DNA of 32,000 nt, from contig NC_022349.1 in NCBI RefSeq assembly GCF_000354175.2, positions 1,290,001 to 1,322,000 of the forward strand. The letters are read 5' to 3'. The notes under the pieces were generated by a model that was not told the DNA's origin, ran no database searches, and saw only the letters and a list, made by a program, of their open reading frames with translations. This document shows, in pieces, positions 18,756 through 27,208 of the stretch. A program made the translations under genes and the position numbers. Position 1 is the first letter of the stretch. Each line of letters begins with the position of its first letter. Source of the DNA: Vibrio alginolyticus NBRC 15630 = ATCC 17749. GTDB lineage: Bacteria; Pseudomonadota; Gammaproteobacteria; Enterobacterales; Vibrionaceae.

Positions 18756-19193
18756 ATGAACAAATCAATCATTCTGGCCAGTGTTTTCATTGCATTAACT
18801 GGCTGTGCTTCACAACCTAATAATGAAAAATTCAATGTACATACAGCAGACTTTACAAAATCTAGTGACTTAAACCTATGTGCTGTCTATGGGGCCAGAG
18901 CGAATCGCTCTATTGAAGCTAAGAACGAACTAGTTAAGAGAGGTGTTTTCTCTGATGCTGAGTGGGAAAGCATTGCAGATAACAAAGTATCTGTCGGAAT
19001 GACAGAGTGTGCTGTTAAAGCGGCCTACTCTGTTAATTTTATAAAACAGAAAACCACAAAATTCAAAAATGGTGATAAGGGTATGACTTTCTTTTATGAT
19101 TGTAAGTCAAGCAATGCTACGTATTGTCCATTCACAAAAGTAGACTTTGTAAATGGAAAAGTCTCTGCAGTGTCTAAAGTTCAAAAAATATAA
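18756..19193 (+). CDS. Lipoprotein, unknown function (superinfection-exclusion candidate)
   Basis: Signal peptide with lipobox MNKSIILASVFIALTGCASQ. GAGAGA lies upstream of the ATG. Confidence 0.65.
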   Translation: MNKSIILASVFIALTGCASQPNNEKFNVHTADFTKSSDLNLCAVYGARANRSIEAKNELVKRGVFSDAEWESIADNKVSVGMTECAVKAAYSVNFIKQKTTKFKNGDKGMTFFYDCKSSNATYCPFTKVDFVNGKVSAVSKVQKI

Positions 19194-19303
19194 CACCAAA
19201 AGCTAAAAAATCTTGATCTAATTTAAGTGTACCAAACCAGTAGGATGAGAATCACTAGCTTGGTACATTTATTACCAGAATCTGAGTAATGACTACAATC
19301 TCA

Positions 19304-19882
19304 TCAATCAAATGGATCTGTCAGATTAGAAGAAAATACGAGTCCATTAAGCTGATTTTGTTCACACATAGCCTTGAACCTCTCTGTACAGTATAAGTTG
19401 CTGGCCCCTTCTAATCTTGATTTAAAGATCACTTTATCTTTCACATCATCATCAATGAATGCAAGAACCTCTAACCCATCAGGGCTTCCATATGAGATCT
19501 TCTCTACACACTTTTGTCTATCTTCTTTTCCAAAAGTCAGCGATGTATATAAATACCATTGTTCACTTTGATAATTGACAGGTAAAAAATCCCCGCTTTC
19601 AGATAAGAAACTATTTAAAGCTTCATATGCTCTCGGCGATAAAACAAGATATGTTCGTAACCATAAGCTAATATCAGGCAATACGGAGTTATCGGTTAAT
19701 ACATCTTCAAACTCGACCTCCGCAGACTTCCAAATATCTTTCAGAGATTTATTTTCAACAGCCTGCAATAAGATTCTCTCAAAATAGTCGAAATCCCCCA
19801 ACTGGGTAGCGATTTCATCTGGGCCAGAACATACCGACTGAAACTTAGTTAAATCATCTGTAATTTTATAAACCGTCATCAT
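19304..19882 (-). CDS. Cognate immunity protein for the AHH nuclease (DUF1629/Imm11-like by resemblance)
   Basis: Its ATG overlaps the toxin TGA (GGATGATGA, an ATGA overlap). The block LVLSPRAYEALNSFLSESGDFLPVNY resembles polymorphic-toxin immunity families. Confidence 0.6.
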   Translation of the reverse strand: MMTVYKITDDLTKFQSVCSGPDEIATQLGDFDYFERILLQAVENKSLKDIWKSAEVEFEDVLTDNSVLPDISLWLRTYLVLSPRAYEALNSFLSESGDFLPVNYQSEQWYLYTSLTFGKEDRQKCVEKISYGSPDGLEVLAFIDDDVKDKVIFKSRLEGASNLYCTERFKAMCEQNQLNGLVFSSNLTDPFD

Positions 19883-20610
19883 CCTTTCCAAACTTCATTC
19901 TTAGCTTCCAAGACCTCTTTAGGGTAGGTGCCACTCTTTAACTCCATTTTGACCCGAAGTAAGTTAGCCTCAAAGTGCTGTTTACTCGGAATACCCTTCG
20001 AAAATTTGGAACTAATCCAAGTTTCATAATTAAATGTATGGATCGAACGGTGAGCCGGAGACTTAGGTGCTTCCCAGTTAAAGTCCGTATGCTTCGCATA
20101 ATTTGTTAACCAAACACCATTTACGGGCGCATTTATGCCAATTTTATGCATGTGCAAATTTAATCTTGCGGCTCTCATTTCTGCTTTTCTAAACCTTCCC
20201 GAGCCAGGAATGATATGGTGAGGCTCATGGTTTTTAGTTGGTTTAGGCTCTCCTGCAGCGGTTAGATTATTAGCTAGTTTCGTCGTCGGATGATGCTTTT
20301 CAACGAACAACTCTTTCGCATTTTTTTTTAAGTTTTCTGCAGAGTACGATTGCAACTTAGCTTGCATATCTTCAACTCGAGCATGAGCAATGAGTTCAAT
20401 CCTCATTTTTTTCAAAAACCTCAAGTCTTGTGCTTCAAACTGCAATCGTTTTGCTCTTTGCTGTTCAGTTTCACCCGCAGGTGGAGCCACACGATACTTG
20501 CTATAGAAATCGTCGACTAACGCATCAAAACGATCTAAGGCCAACTCAGCTGCAGTTGGATTACTAGGACGATTCGTTTTTCGTCCAACTATACTCAAAT
20601 TATGCTTCAT
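19879..20610 (-). CDS. AHH-type HNH/EndoVII-fold nuclease toxin with no recognisable delivery domain
   Basis: C-terminal motifs HEPHHIIPGSGRF ... GINAPVNGVWL ... HRSIHTFNY. The preferred start is MKHNLSIVG at 20610, with GGAGGG 8 nt upstream. Confidence 0.7.
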   Translation of the reverse strand: MKHNLSIVGRKTNRPSNPTAAELALDRFDALVDDFYSKYRVAPPAGETEQQRAKRLQFEAQDLRFLKKMRIELIAHARVEDMQAKLQSYSAENLKKNAKELFVEKHHPTTKLANNLTAAGEPKPTKNHEPHHIIPGSGRFRKAEMRAARLNLHMHKIGINAPVNGVWLTNYAKHTDFNWEAPKSPAHRSIHTFNYETWISSKFSKGIPSKQHFEANLLRVKMELKSGTYPKEVLEAKNEVWKG

Positions 20611-20774
20611 ACTCGTATCCCTCCAACAAACAAAGCCGTTGGATAACATTCACATAACTGACGAGCAAATAATCAATAGCCTTTATGTGGCCTACAGCTC
20701 AGATTTTTATGCAAGCAATAGCACTTTAAATCAACTTTAAGAAATAGCGGTTCACTACTCTAACCTTTAAGTTC

Positions 20775-20787
20775 TTATGACGACACA
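20775..20787 (+). repeat. Right copy of the 13-bp direct repeat TTATGACGACACA
   Basis: Exact match to 17936-17948. Lies 7 nt beyond the stop codon of the replication gene. Confidence 0.7.
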
Positions 20788-20794
20788 AACCGGA

Positions 20795-22882
20795 CTAACT
20801 CAATATTGGAAAAAGCCGCCCCTCAAGATAATCTGCCGTAATGCTATGCCAATAAGAAAGCTCACTTTCATCAACTTCCATGTGTTGTATAGATTCATGT
20901 AATAGTGATTGCCAATAGGACTGATTCTCCTTAAATCGCTGATATTCAGATTGATAGAAGTGGCTCGCGTCTTGTTTTATATCGCTCAGGTCCAAATCCC
21001 TGCAGTTCAATGACCACCCTCTTGCACCAGCAGCCCAAACCATAAACTTGTCTACTTTATCCTTAGCCAGTTCTCCCTCAAACGTAATGCAGAAGCGATT
21101 GCTCGTATTCACGTGTACTCCCCTGCTATGCAAGTTCTGACTCAGCTTTTCGGCCTGCTTTTCCAAACGGATGACTCTCTGATAAAGCTTGTTCTGATAC
21201 TCCTCAGATTTCTGCTGCTTTTTGGCGATCGCTTTGGCCTTGATGGTTTGCTCTTTGGCATTTCGTAGCTTGCGGATTTGCCGCTTAATTGGCTTTTTCC
21301 ACTGCTCAAGTTTGTAGCCCAACTCCTTAATTATTGCGGTCATATTGCCAGCTTCAAACGAAGCAAGAGTTTCCCAGGCAGGAGCTCTTGAGCACTTCGC
21401 GATATTGTATCTATTTCCCTTGATTAGCCCTTGATCAGCATTTTCACCTTTCGCGGCATAGCCAACAGCCTTGATAATGTAGGAACCGGCGGCTTTTGGC
21501 TTTTTGATTCGCTCTAGTTTCGCAAATCCATGTCCCCATATTTTTTCAAGTCGCTTAGCCCAAGGGCTAAAGAGATGCTCTGGTACCGTCCAGCGTAGCA
21601 AAATATGAACGTGCGGATTAGGCTCTCCATCTTCATTAGCTGGACACTCGGCTACCCATATGTAATGGAAATCAGCAGGCAAGTAAGTCGGGCCAACATC
21701 GCCGGGCTGAACATGTTTAGCAACTTTCTCCTGAGATAAGTCGCAGTACTTTCGTCCACTATCTTTATCAACTTGGATGGTATGGTCCGCAACCCAGCCG
21801 CGTTGATACATTTTCTTTGCGCCATCAAGAAAACGAGAGACTTCTTTACCTATTGTTGTCTCTAAAGTTTTTTCCATCGAGAACTCTTGCTTGGGCTTTT
21901 GTTTAAGATCGCAATATGGACCGACTATGACATTGCCCTGGTTCATAGCTTTAACACGCTTACTATCTGAGGTTGGAAACAGCCAGTATTCTCCACCAAT
22001 ATCCGTGATTGGTTGGCCAACTTTCTTTTCGCCACGCTTGGGATGTATTGTCACCATGTTGCGCTTATAGATTATTGGGTGATGCGATCCCATACTGACA
22101 CACTCACTTCCATCCAACATTCCACCGAATATGGCCATCCGTTGTGCCTTGGTGAAAGTCAGCGTCAGAAAAGTAGAGAAACCACCATGGCAAGCTGCAG
22201 TGTAAGCCCCTGCCTCAAAGATTTTAGAAACAGAACGGGACGTCAGCTTTTCCGAGAACCTCTCACCACTGTTTTCCGCAGGCGCAGCACTAGATGGCGT
22301 TTCGGTTACCGCCTGAAACTTATAAGTTTCATTCCAAGACCGGTGCATTAGCTGCATTGAAATAGGAATCTTTTTAGGTTCGCCTTGTCCTCGTTTTCCA
22401 TTCTGATTGAGAATGGCAGGTTTGGAGCGCTCGTTCGTTTCATACAAAGCATCATGGCTAAAGTTGGCGTCGGCATTGCTGATGATACTTTTAGGGCGTA
22501 GAGACTTGCTCAGACTCATCAACTGCTTAATTTGCTTGTCTTTTCTGTGGCGAAATTTCTCTGTCGGACTTTTGCGCCCTTTGACTAGCCTATACTCTTC
22601 GGCGATTCTCGCCGCCGCTTCGCGGTCGTGTTTCGAGCAATAATTTACAGATTTATAGAAGTCAGTTCGCTCTTGAAGATCTCGTTCGCGCTTAGACTTT
22701 CGATTGGGAACACGGTCATATATCGCTATTTTTTTGACCATGCCACTATCTAGAAGTGCTTGTTCTTGGTCTGAGTAAATTTTGGAACCTAAAAAACCAG
22801 CATTATAGCTGGCGTCATTTTTCCTGATTCGGTCCAGGGGCATCACTGCCCCACCGATATAGAGAAGATCAGATTGGTTCAT
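20795..22882 (-). CDS. HUH rolling-circle replication initiator (P2 gpA position)
   Basis: 695 aa. HUH-like motif NPHVHILLRW and a Tyr motif GSYIIKAVGYAAKG. Last large gene of the early operon. Confidence 0.6.
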   Translation of the reverse strand: MNQSDLLYIGGAVMPLDRIRKNDASYNAGFLGSKIYSDQEQALLDSGMVKKIAIYDRVPNRKSKRERDLQERTDFYKSVNYCSKHDREAAARIAEEYRLVKGRKSPTEKFRHRKDKQIKQLMSLSKSLRPKSIISNADANFSHDALYETNERSKPAILNQNGKRGQGEPKKIPISMQLMHRSWNETYKFQAVTETPSSAAPAENSGERFSEKLTSRSVSKIFEAGAYTAACHGGFSTFLTLTFTKAQRMAIFGGMLDGSECVSMGSHHPIIYKRNMVTIHPKRGEKKVGQPITDIGGEYWLFPTSDSKRVKAMNQGNVIVGPYCDLKQKPKQEFSMEKTLETTIGKEVSRFLDGAKKMYQRGWVADHTIQVDKDSGRKYCDLSQEKVAKHVQPGDVGPTYLPADFHYIWVAECPANEDGEPNPHVHILLRWTVPEHLFSPWAKRLEKIWGHGFAKLERIKKPKAAGSYIIKAVGYAAKGENADQGLIKGNRYNIAKCSRAPAWETLASFEAGNMTAIIKELGYKLEQWKKPIKRQIRKLRNAKEQTIKAKAIAKKQQKSEEYQNKLYQRVIRLEKQAEKLSQNLHSRGVHVNTSNRFCITFEGELAKDKVDKFMVWAAGARGWSLNCRDLDLSDIKQDASHFYQSEYQRFKENQSYWQSLLHESIQHMEVDESELSYWHSITADYLEGRLFPILS

Positions 22883-22936
22883 AATCCATTCGTAATTTGT
22901 CTTTACCTACAGAGAAAACAGTAAACTTTTGGTGCT

Positions 22937-23164
22937 TCATACCGCCTCCAACTCCTGAGTTGTCACCAACATAAAGCCGCCCTTCCGGTTGCCCTTGCTC
23001 AACACGCCTTTGCTTAGATGAGTGCAGCTAAGGGAAACACATGCTTGTTCGATGGCTTGGTCTAGTGAGTCGAAGTCGCCAACCATTACATTGGCAACTT
23101 CTTGAGTTTCTTCATGGCGGATAACACCGCCAGCAGGACAAAGCATTATTGCGGCGTATTGCAT
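22937..23164 (-). CDS. Hypothetical early protein
   Basis: 75 aa ORF in the early operon. Overlaps the upstream ORF end. Confidence 0.4.
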   Translation of the reverse strand: MQYAAIMLCPAGGVIRHEETQEVANVMVGDFDSLDQAIEQACVSLSCTHLSKGVLSKGNRKGGFMLVTTQELEAV

Positions 23165-23448
23165 AAATCAGCCTCCAGTTCTTTCTCATCGCGACGAACG
23201 GCAATGCGTTCGATCAAGTAATCTTCAATGTTCAGTAGTTCTTCAAGCGCACGCTCTTTATCAATTAACACAACGTTGTGAGCGTAATTCGTTGTGTTTT
23301 CATCAAACACAATCACGTTGATAAGGCTCATTTTTGATGAATACTCGATACGAATACTGATGACATCTGAGCTATCCAACGCCAAAGCGAACAGACTATT
23401 AATAGTTGTTTGGATCGCGAGTTTGTTTGCGACTTCATTTAGATTCAT
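23146..23448 (-). CDS. Hypothetical early protein
   Basis: 100 aa ORF in the early operon. Confidence 0.45.
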   Translation of the reverse strand: MNLNEVANKLAIQTTINSLFALALDSSDVISIRIEYSSKMSLINVIVFDENTTNYAHNVVLIDKERALEELLNIEDYLIERIAVRRDEKELEADLCNTPQ

Positions 23449-23471
23449 CTTTTATGCTCCTACGCTAAGAC

Positions 23472-23500
23472 AAAAAAAGCCCCCTGTTACAGGAGCAAAG
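23472..23500 (-). terminator. Rho-independent terminator-like hairpin inside the early operon
   Basis: The minus strand reads GCTCCTGTAACAGGGGGC followed by TTTTTTT. It lies between the 111-aa ORF and the next early ORF. Confidence 0.5.
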
Positions 23501-23510
23501 GCTTGGAGAA

Positions 23511-23846
23511 TTAATGCGTACTGCTGAATTGGCAATGCTTGAGGCGTCGAACGTCACCAAGATTGCGATCGAACAACGTTGCGATTTCTTTAATCTGTTG
23601 CATGCCGTCACGGATTTTTTGAAGCTCCAAATCATTAAAGCTTTCAAACTCTCGCACATGCTCCGAGGCTTTCAGATCACCGGCTACTAAAACCATACCG
23701 CGAAAGCGTGGTGGCATCGCGTTCCACAACTGCTTCAACTTGCCGCGTGTAGCGGAACCATTGAACAAAGCTTTGCAAGCGGCAATGCTCTCGTTGGCGT
23801 TGGGTATTTGGTTTTGTTGTTCCTGTTGAATAGCTAACTGACTCAT
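23511..23846 (-). CDS. Hypothetical early protein
   Basis: 111 aa ORF directly downstream of the CII-like gene. Confidence 0.5.
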   Translation of the reverse strand: MSQLAIQQEQQNQIPNANESIAACKALFNGSATRGKLKQLWNAMPPRFRGMVLVAGDLKASEHVREFESFNDLELQKIRDGMQQIKEIATLFDRNLGDVRRLKHCQFSSTH

Positions 23847-23855
23847 TGGCTCTCC

Positions 23856-24395
23856 TTAGGCTAAGCCCGGAAGTGGCGCACCGTTGGCGAGGAAATCTGT
23901 GCCCATTTGCATGAGTGGCTGAAAGCCGGTGGTGCGGTTTTCTAAATCGTTGACGAACAAAACTAAGTTGCCGATGGCCGCTTGAACCTTGGCAATGGTT
24001 TTGCGCTTTTGACTGCGGGGTAAACGGTCTGCACTGCACATGTGCATTGCATCGCTAGACAGCTCACCTGAATATTGGTTGTTAAGTAACGTGCGCTCTA
24101 AAAGGTTCTTATCTTCCCCGTCTTGAGGTAACTGAACCGTCACGACACCTAGATCAGCAAAGAGTGTGTTGACAATGGTGTAATCGCCGGATTCTTTACT
24201 CAGCAATGCCAAATCCACAGGGTCCAGTTTGTGAGGCTGTTCTGGGTTTAGCTTGTTACGCAGCATTCTCCCAGTCAGGCCAACGCGTGGAGCCAGCTTT
24301 TCCATATTGTGATTGATGGCGAAGTCGCAACATGCAGCGTTAAAAGATTGCTGTTTGCGTTCGCGGAATCCGCACATAGCGATATTTGAGTCCAT
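23856..24395 (-). CDS. cII: CII-like regulatory protein (186 CII / CP76 family resemblance)
   Basis: The preferred start is MDSNIAMCGF at 24395. Position directly after the cox-like gene matches 186/K139. Confidence 0.55.
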   Translation of the reverse strand: MDSNIAMCGFRERKQQSFNAACCDFAINHNMEKLAPRVGLTGRMLRNKLNPEQPHKLDPVDLALLSKESGDYTIVNTLFADLGVVTVQLPQDGEDKNLLERTLLNNQYSGELSSDAMHMCSADRLPRSQKRKTIAKVQAAIGNLVLFVNDLENRTTGFQPLMQMGTDFLANGAPLPGLA

Positions 24396-24505
24396 GATCC
24401 ACACTCTTACATGAAAGGCGGTACGAGAATGACAACCAACGTAAACACATTTAGCCACATTAGGCTGTGCATTTTAGCTAGAACAAGAGAGTAAAGGCCC
24501 ATTAC

Positions 24506-24718
24506 TTACCCAAGTGCAGCAATGGCTTCACGTGCCGCCATTTCGTGCATAGCAACCATGTTAATCAATGGCTTATCGCGGCGTTTGTCTTTGGGCTTGA
24601 TGATGACGCGACCTTCAGTCACGTATTGCTTGATGGTGCCCATAGGTAAACCAGTAAGGCGGGAGTATTCTTCGTAAGTCACATATGGACTTAGTGGAGG
24701 TATCTTGTACGTTAACAT
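24506..24718 (-). CDS. cox: Cox/Apl-like small HTH regulator/excisionase
   Basis: 70 aa from MLTYKIPPLSPYVTYEEYSRLTGLPMGTIKQYV, with AAGGA upstream. First gene of the early operon, divergent from the repressor. Confidence 0.6.
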   Translation of the reverse strand: MLTYKIPPLSPYVTYEEYSRLTGLPMGTIKQYVTEGRVIIKPKDKRRDKPLINMVAMHEMAAREAIAALG

Positions 24719-24866
24719 GGTGATATCCTTGTATTTATGTCTATCTTCTTCGGTTGTCTCTTGCTTTGGTCGGCGTGACTTCCGAAACACACAAGAATTA
24801 TTGATCGTCATTCTCGAACTTTCAACAAAAAATGACAAATTAATTCGAAAACGAGAACTTTAAGTC

Positions 24867-25505
24867 ATGAGCATTCGTAAAATAGAACCTTTCGATTATT
24901 TGAAAGGCACTGATTTCACAGAAAATTTGAAGGATTTGACGGGATGTAAGAACTTTCAAGAAATGGCGTTCGTATATGGCGTACCAAAAAGCACTTTTAG
25001 CACTTGGAATACTCATAATCGAACTTCCCATGAACTCATGGTAAGAGCTCATTTAGCTTTGGGAATCCCAATGGTGGATTTGGCGTTAAAGCCAGAGGAC
25101 CGGTTTAAGGCTCACTCAGCGACAAAATGTACTGCCGAAGAAGCAAGCGCTACAACTTCACCTAAACACAACTCAGTCCAGATCAAAAGCTATTGCCTGA
25201 CCAATGGGGAGCTTTTAGATACTGGTGAGTTACCTTACGCTATCCGCAGGTTTAACAGCTTTAACCTCAAAGCTGACGCGACAATTGAAGTTGAAACTAA
25301 TGAAGCTATATATCTCGTTGACAAAAGCTCTACAAACCCAGCTTCGGGCAAATACTTAATAGATATTGACGGTACTTTGTCGATCAATCATATCCAGCGC
25401 TTACCAGGCAAAAAACTGGCTGTTGTGTTTGGTGATAGCACCGTAGAAGTTTCAGAGAAAGCTATAAAAGTAATTGGTCGTGTAGCAGTCACGCTAAAAA
25501 CATAG
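24867..25505 (+). CDS. cI: CI-like immunity repressor
   Basis: N-terminal Cro/CI-type HTH (KNFQEMAFVYGVPKSTFSTWNTHNR). The C-terminal beta-rich domain ends IKVIGRVAVTLK, which looks S24-like, but no GDSM-type Ser motif or Ala-Gly site is evident. Confidence 0.7.
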   Translation: MSIRKIEPFDYLKGTDFTENLKDLTGCKNFQEMAFVYGVPKSTFSTWNTHNRTSHELMVRAHLALGIPMVDLALKPEDRFKAHSATKCTAEEASATTSPKHNSVQIKSYCLTNGELLDTGELPYAIRRFNSFNLKADATIEVETNEAIYLVDKSSTNPASGKYLIDIDGTLSINHIQRLPGKKLAVVFGDSTVEVSEKAIKVIGRVAVTLKT

Positions 25506-25627
25506 ATATAAGTAAATATATCTTCCGTTACGTGACGAGTATCATCAGATTTTTATCCTAACGTTAAGCTTTGACATTTTATATGGTACAACATCCATAT
25601 TCACTCAATAGCAAAATAAGTTAGACA

Positions 25628-27181
25628 ATGATTATCGATAAAGTTGACATTTCGAGGTTTAGAGCTTTCGAGAATACGGCATTTACATTAGGTGAATGGG
25701 TTACTCTAATAGCAGGCCAAAACGGCACCCAAAAGAGCACATTATTAGGGATGTTATCCCAACCGTTTACAATAACTGATGAAGATCATCCATTACATGG
25801 TGAATTACCGTTATCAGGAGACAATTTTCGCTCCAGATTCAAAGATAAGTTTCGCTTATCTCCAATATTTGACCAAGCCAAACAACATGAGTGGACTCTA
25901 CATTTAAAAAACAACAATAAACCTTTTACCCTTGAAAGTATTTCTCGAGATAAAGAAAAAGGAAAGATTCGTTTTTGGAGAAAAGGCGATCGGTCTGCAG
26001 GAAGTGGCTATATCCAACTACCAGTTATTTACCTTAGCCTCAAACGATTGATTCCAATAGGTGAAGAAGATGATTCTAAAATATCAACGAGCACTGATGT
26101 CACCCTAACCGAAGAAGAAAATGTTTGGTTCTCTACCTACTATAAAAAGATAATGATTAATCATTCAGAGGTATTAAACTCTGTTGATTATGTAAAAAGT
26201 CCAAACAAAGCTACTTTAGGTGTTAGCACAAAGACATATGATTGGAATACAAACTCTGCAGGCCAAGATAATATAGGCAAAATTTTATTAGCCATCTTGT
26301 CTTTCAAACGATTGAAAGACAAGTATGGCGAGAAGTATGAAGGGGGTATTTTAGCTATAGATGAGATAGATGCAACATTGTATCCTGGCTCTCAAATTAA
26401 GTTACTTGATTCTTTTATGGAAATTTGTCGAGATTACAAAATCCAAGTAATTGCGACAACGCACTCTTTAGAACTACTTAAAAAGGCAGATGCTCTTTCA
26501 AAACGTAAAGCCAAAAAGGTAAAAATCATTTATCTTAAAAAGCAGGATGGAAAAGTTCTTATAGATGACAATCTTGAATATGATCGAATACTTCATAATT
26601 TAAAGTTATCACTAGGAGAGCCAGTACCGCCTAAGCCAAAACTTACAATTTATACAGAAGATCCTGAGTGTATACATTTTGTGAAGGCATCACTAGGAAG
26701 GACTGTAAATAACATTGCCTTTTCAGATATAAGTTTAGGCTGTGGTAATTATGTTCAAATGGCTACAAAAAAAGTTCCAACTTTTACATTCCCGCATTCC
26801 ATCGTTGTCTTGGATGGGGATGCAGCTCCTATTTTACAGAAAAGGCGCCTCAAAAATTTTATATGCATACCTGGGGAGCAAAGACCTGAAGGAACTTTAG
26901 CTAATTTCTTGCATAACCTACCTGAAGCAGATTCATTTTGGACATCTAAGAATCCAGACTATTCTAAACAACATTGCTTTCTAGATTTTACTCTTAACGA
27001 TATATTATTAGATCGCGGTAAAGCAAAAGCTTGGTACAACAGACAATTAGGAACAAATAATTGGGGGCGCCATGCCAGTCACCTCTATAAGCGATATTTT
27101 GAGGCATACCCAGAAGTAAAAGAAGATTTTGTTTCTAGATTCAAGAAAATTCACGAAGAAATATTGAAACATACCGAATAA
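25628..27181 (+). CDS. ABC-type ATPase with C-terminal Toprim-like domain (OLD-family / fused PARIS AriA-AriB-like)
   Basis: Walker A LIAGQNGTQKSTLLG. Signature-like NSAGQDNIGK. Walker B GILAIDEIDATLYPG. H-loop VIATTHSLELL. C-terminal LTIYTEDPECIHF ... SIVVLDGDAAP (a Glu plus DxD, as in Toprim). Confidence 0.6.
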   Translation: MIIDKVDISRFRAFENTAFTLGEWVTLIAGQNGTQKSTLLGMLSQPFTITDEDHPLHGELPLSGDNFRSRFKDKFRLSPIFDQAKQHEWTLHLKNNNKPFTLESISRDKEKGKIRFWRKGDRSAGSGYIQLPVIYLSLKRLIPIGEEDDSKISTSTDVTLTEEENVWFSTYYKKIMINHSEVLNSVDYVKSPNKATLGVSTKTYDWNTNSAGQDNIGKILLAILSFKRLKDKYGEKYEGGILAIDEIDATLYPGSQIKLLDSFMEICRDYKIQVIATTHSLELLKKADALSKRKAKKVKIIYLKKQDGKVLIDDNLEYDRILHNLKLSLGEPVPPKPKLTIYTEDPECIHFVKASLGRTVNNIAFSDISLGCGNYVQMATKKVPTFTFPHSIVVLDGDAAPILQKRRLKNFICIPGEQRPEGTLANFLHNLPEADSFWTSKNPDYSKQHCFLDFTLNDILLDRGKAKAWYNRQLGTNNWGRHASHLYKRYFEAYPEVKEDFVSRFKKIHEEILKHTE

Positions 27182-27187
27182 TAAAAA

Positions 27188-27208
27188 GGCTCCTAATGGA
27201 GCCCTTTT
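27188..27208. terminator. Bidirectional hairpin terminator between convergent genes
   Basis: AAAAA-GGCTCC-TAAT-GGAGCC-CTTTT. Overlaps the methylase stop codon. Confidence 0.6.

Noticed and set aside
291-19787. Many 60-120 aa ORFs nested antisense or out of frame inside large genes, e.g. 291-515, 1320-1544, 1843-2046, 2507-2776, 2820-3074, 4130-4390, 5055-5249, 6012-6227, 6275-6511, 7622-7816, 7690-7872, 8175-8420, 8567-8893, 9008-9238, 9453-9809, 10457-10645, 10782-10973, 12831-13094, 13628-13921, 14425-14933, 15351-15701, 15999-16464, 17012-17257, 17349-17537, 17553-17834, 18641-18835, 19374-19787
   Set aside because: All lie inside longer ORFs with recognisable phage homology or synteny, and they have skewed low-complexity compositions. 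6275-6511 in particular is antisense to the frameshift extension.
23677-24039. 120-aa minus-strand ORF overlapping the CII-like and 111-aa ORFs
   Set aside because: It is out of frame and overlaps two better-supported genes. Its composition is Arg/Ser/Gln-rich and low in complexity, typical of an alternative-frame artefact.
24840-25052. 70-aa minus-strand ORF across the switch region and the cI start
   Set aside because: It is antisense to the well-supported repressor N-terminus (HTH). It has no Shine-Dalgarno sequence and would run through the divergent promoters.
24867-25505. Possibility that the CI-like repressor is a LexA-like self-cleaving (S24) repressor
   Set aside because: The C-terminal domain looks S24-like in its last strands (IKVIGRVAV). 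I see no Ala-Gly/Cys-Gly cleavage site and no GDSM-type catalytic Ser motif in the expected position. This is left as non-cleavable pending an HMM alignment.
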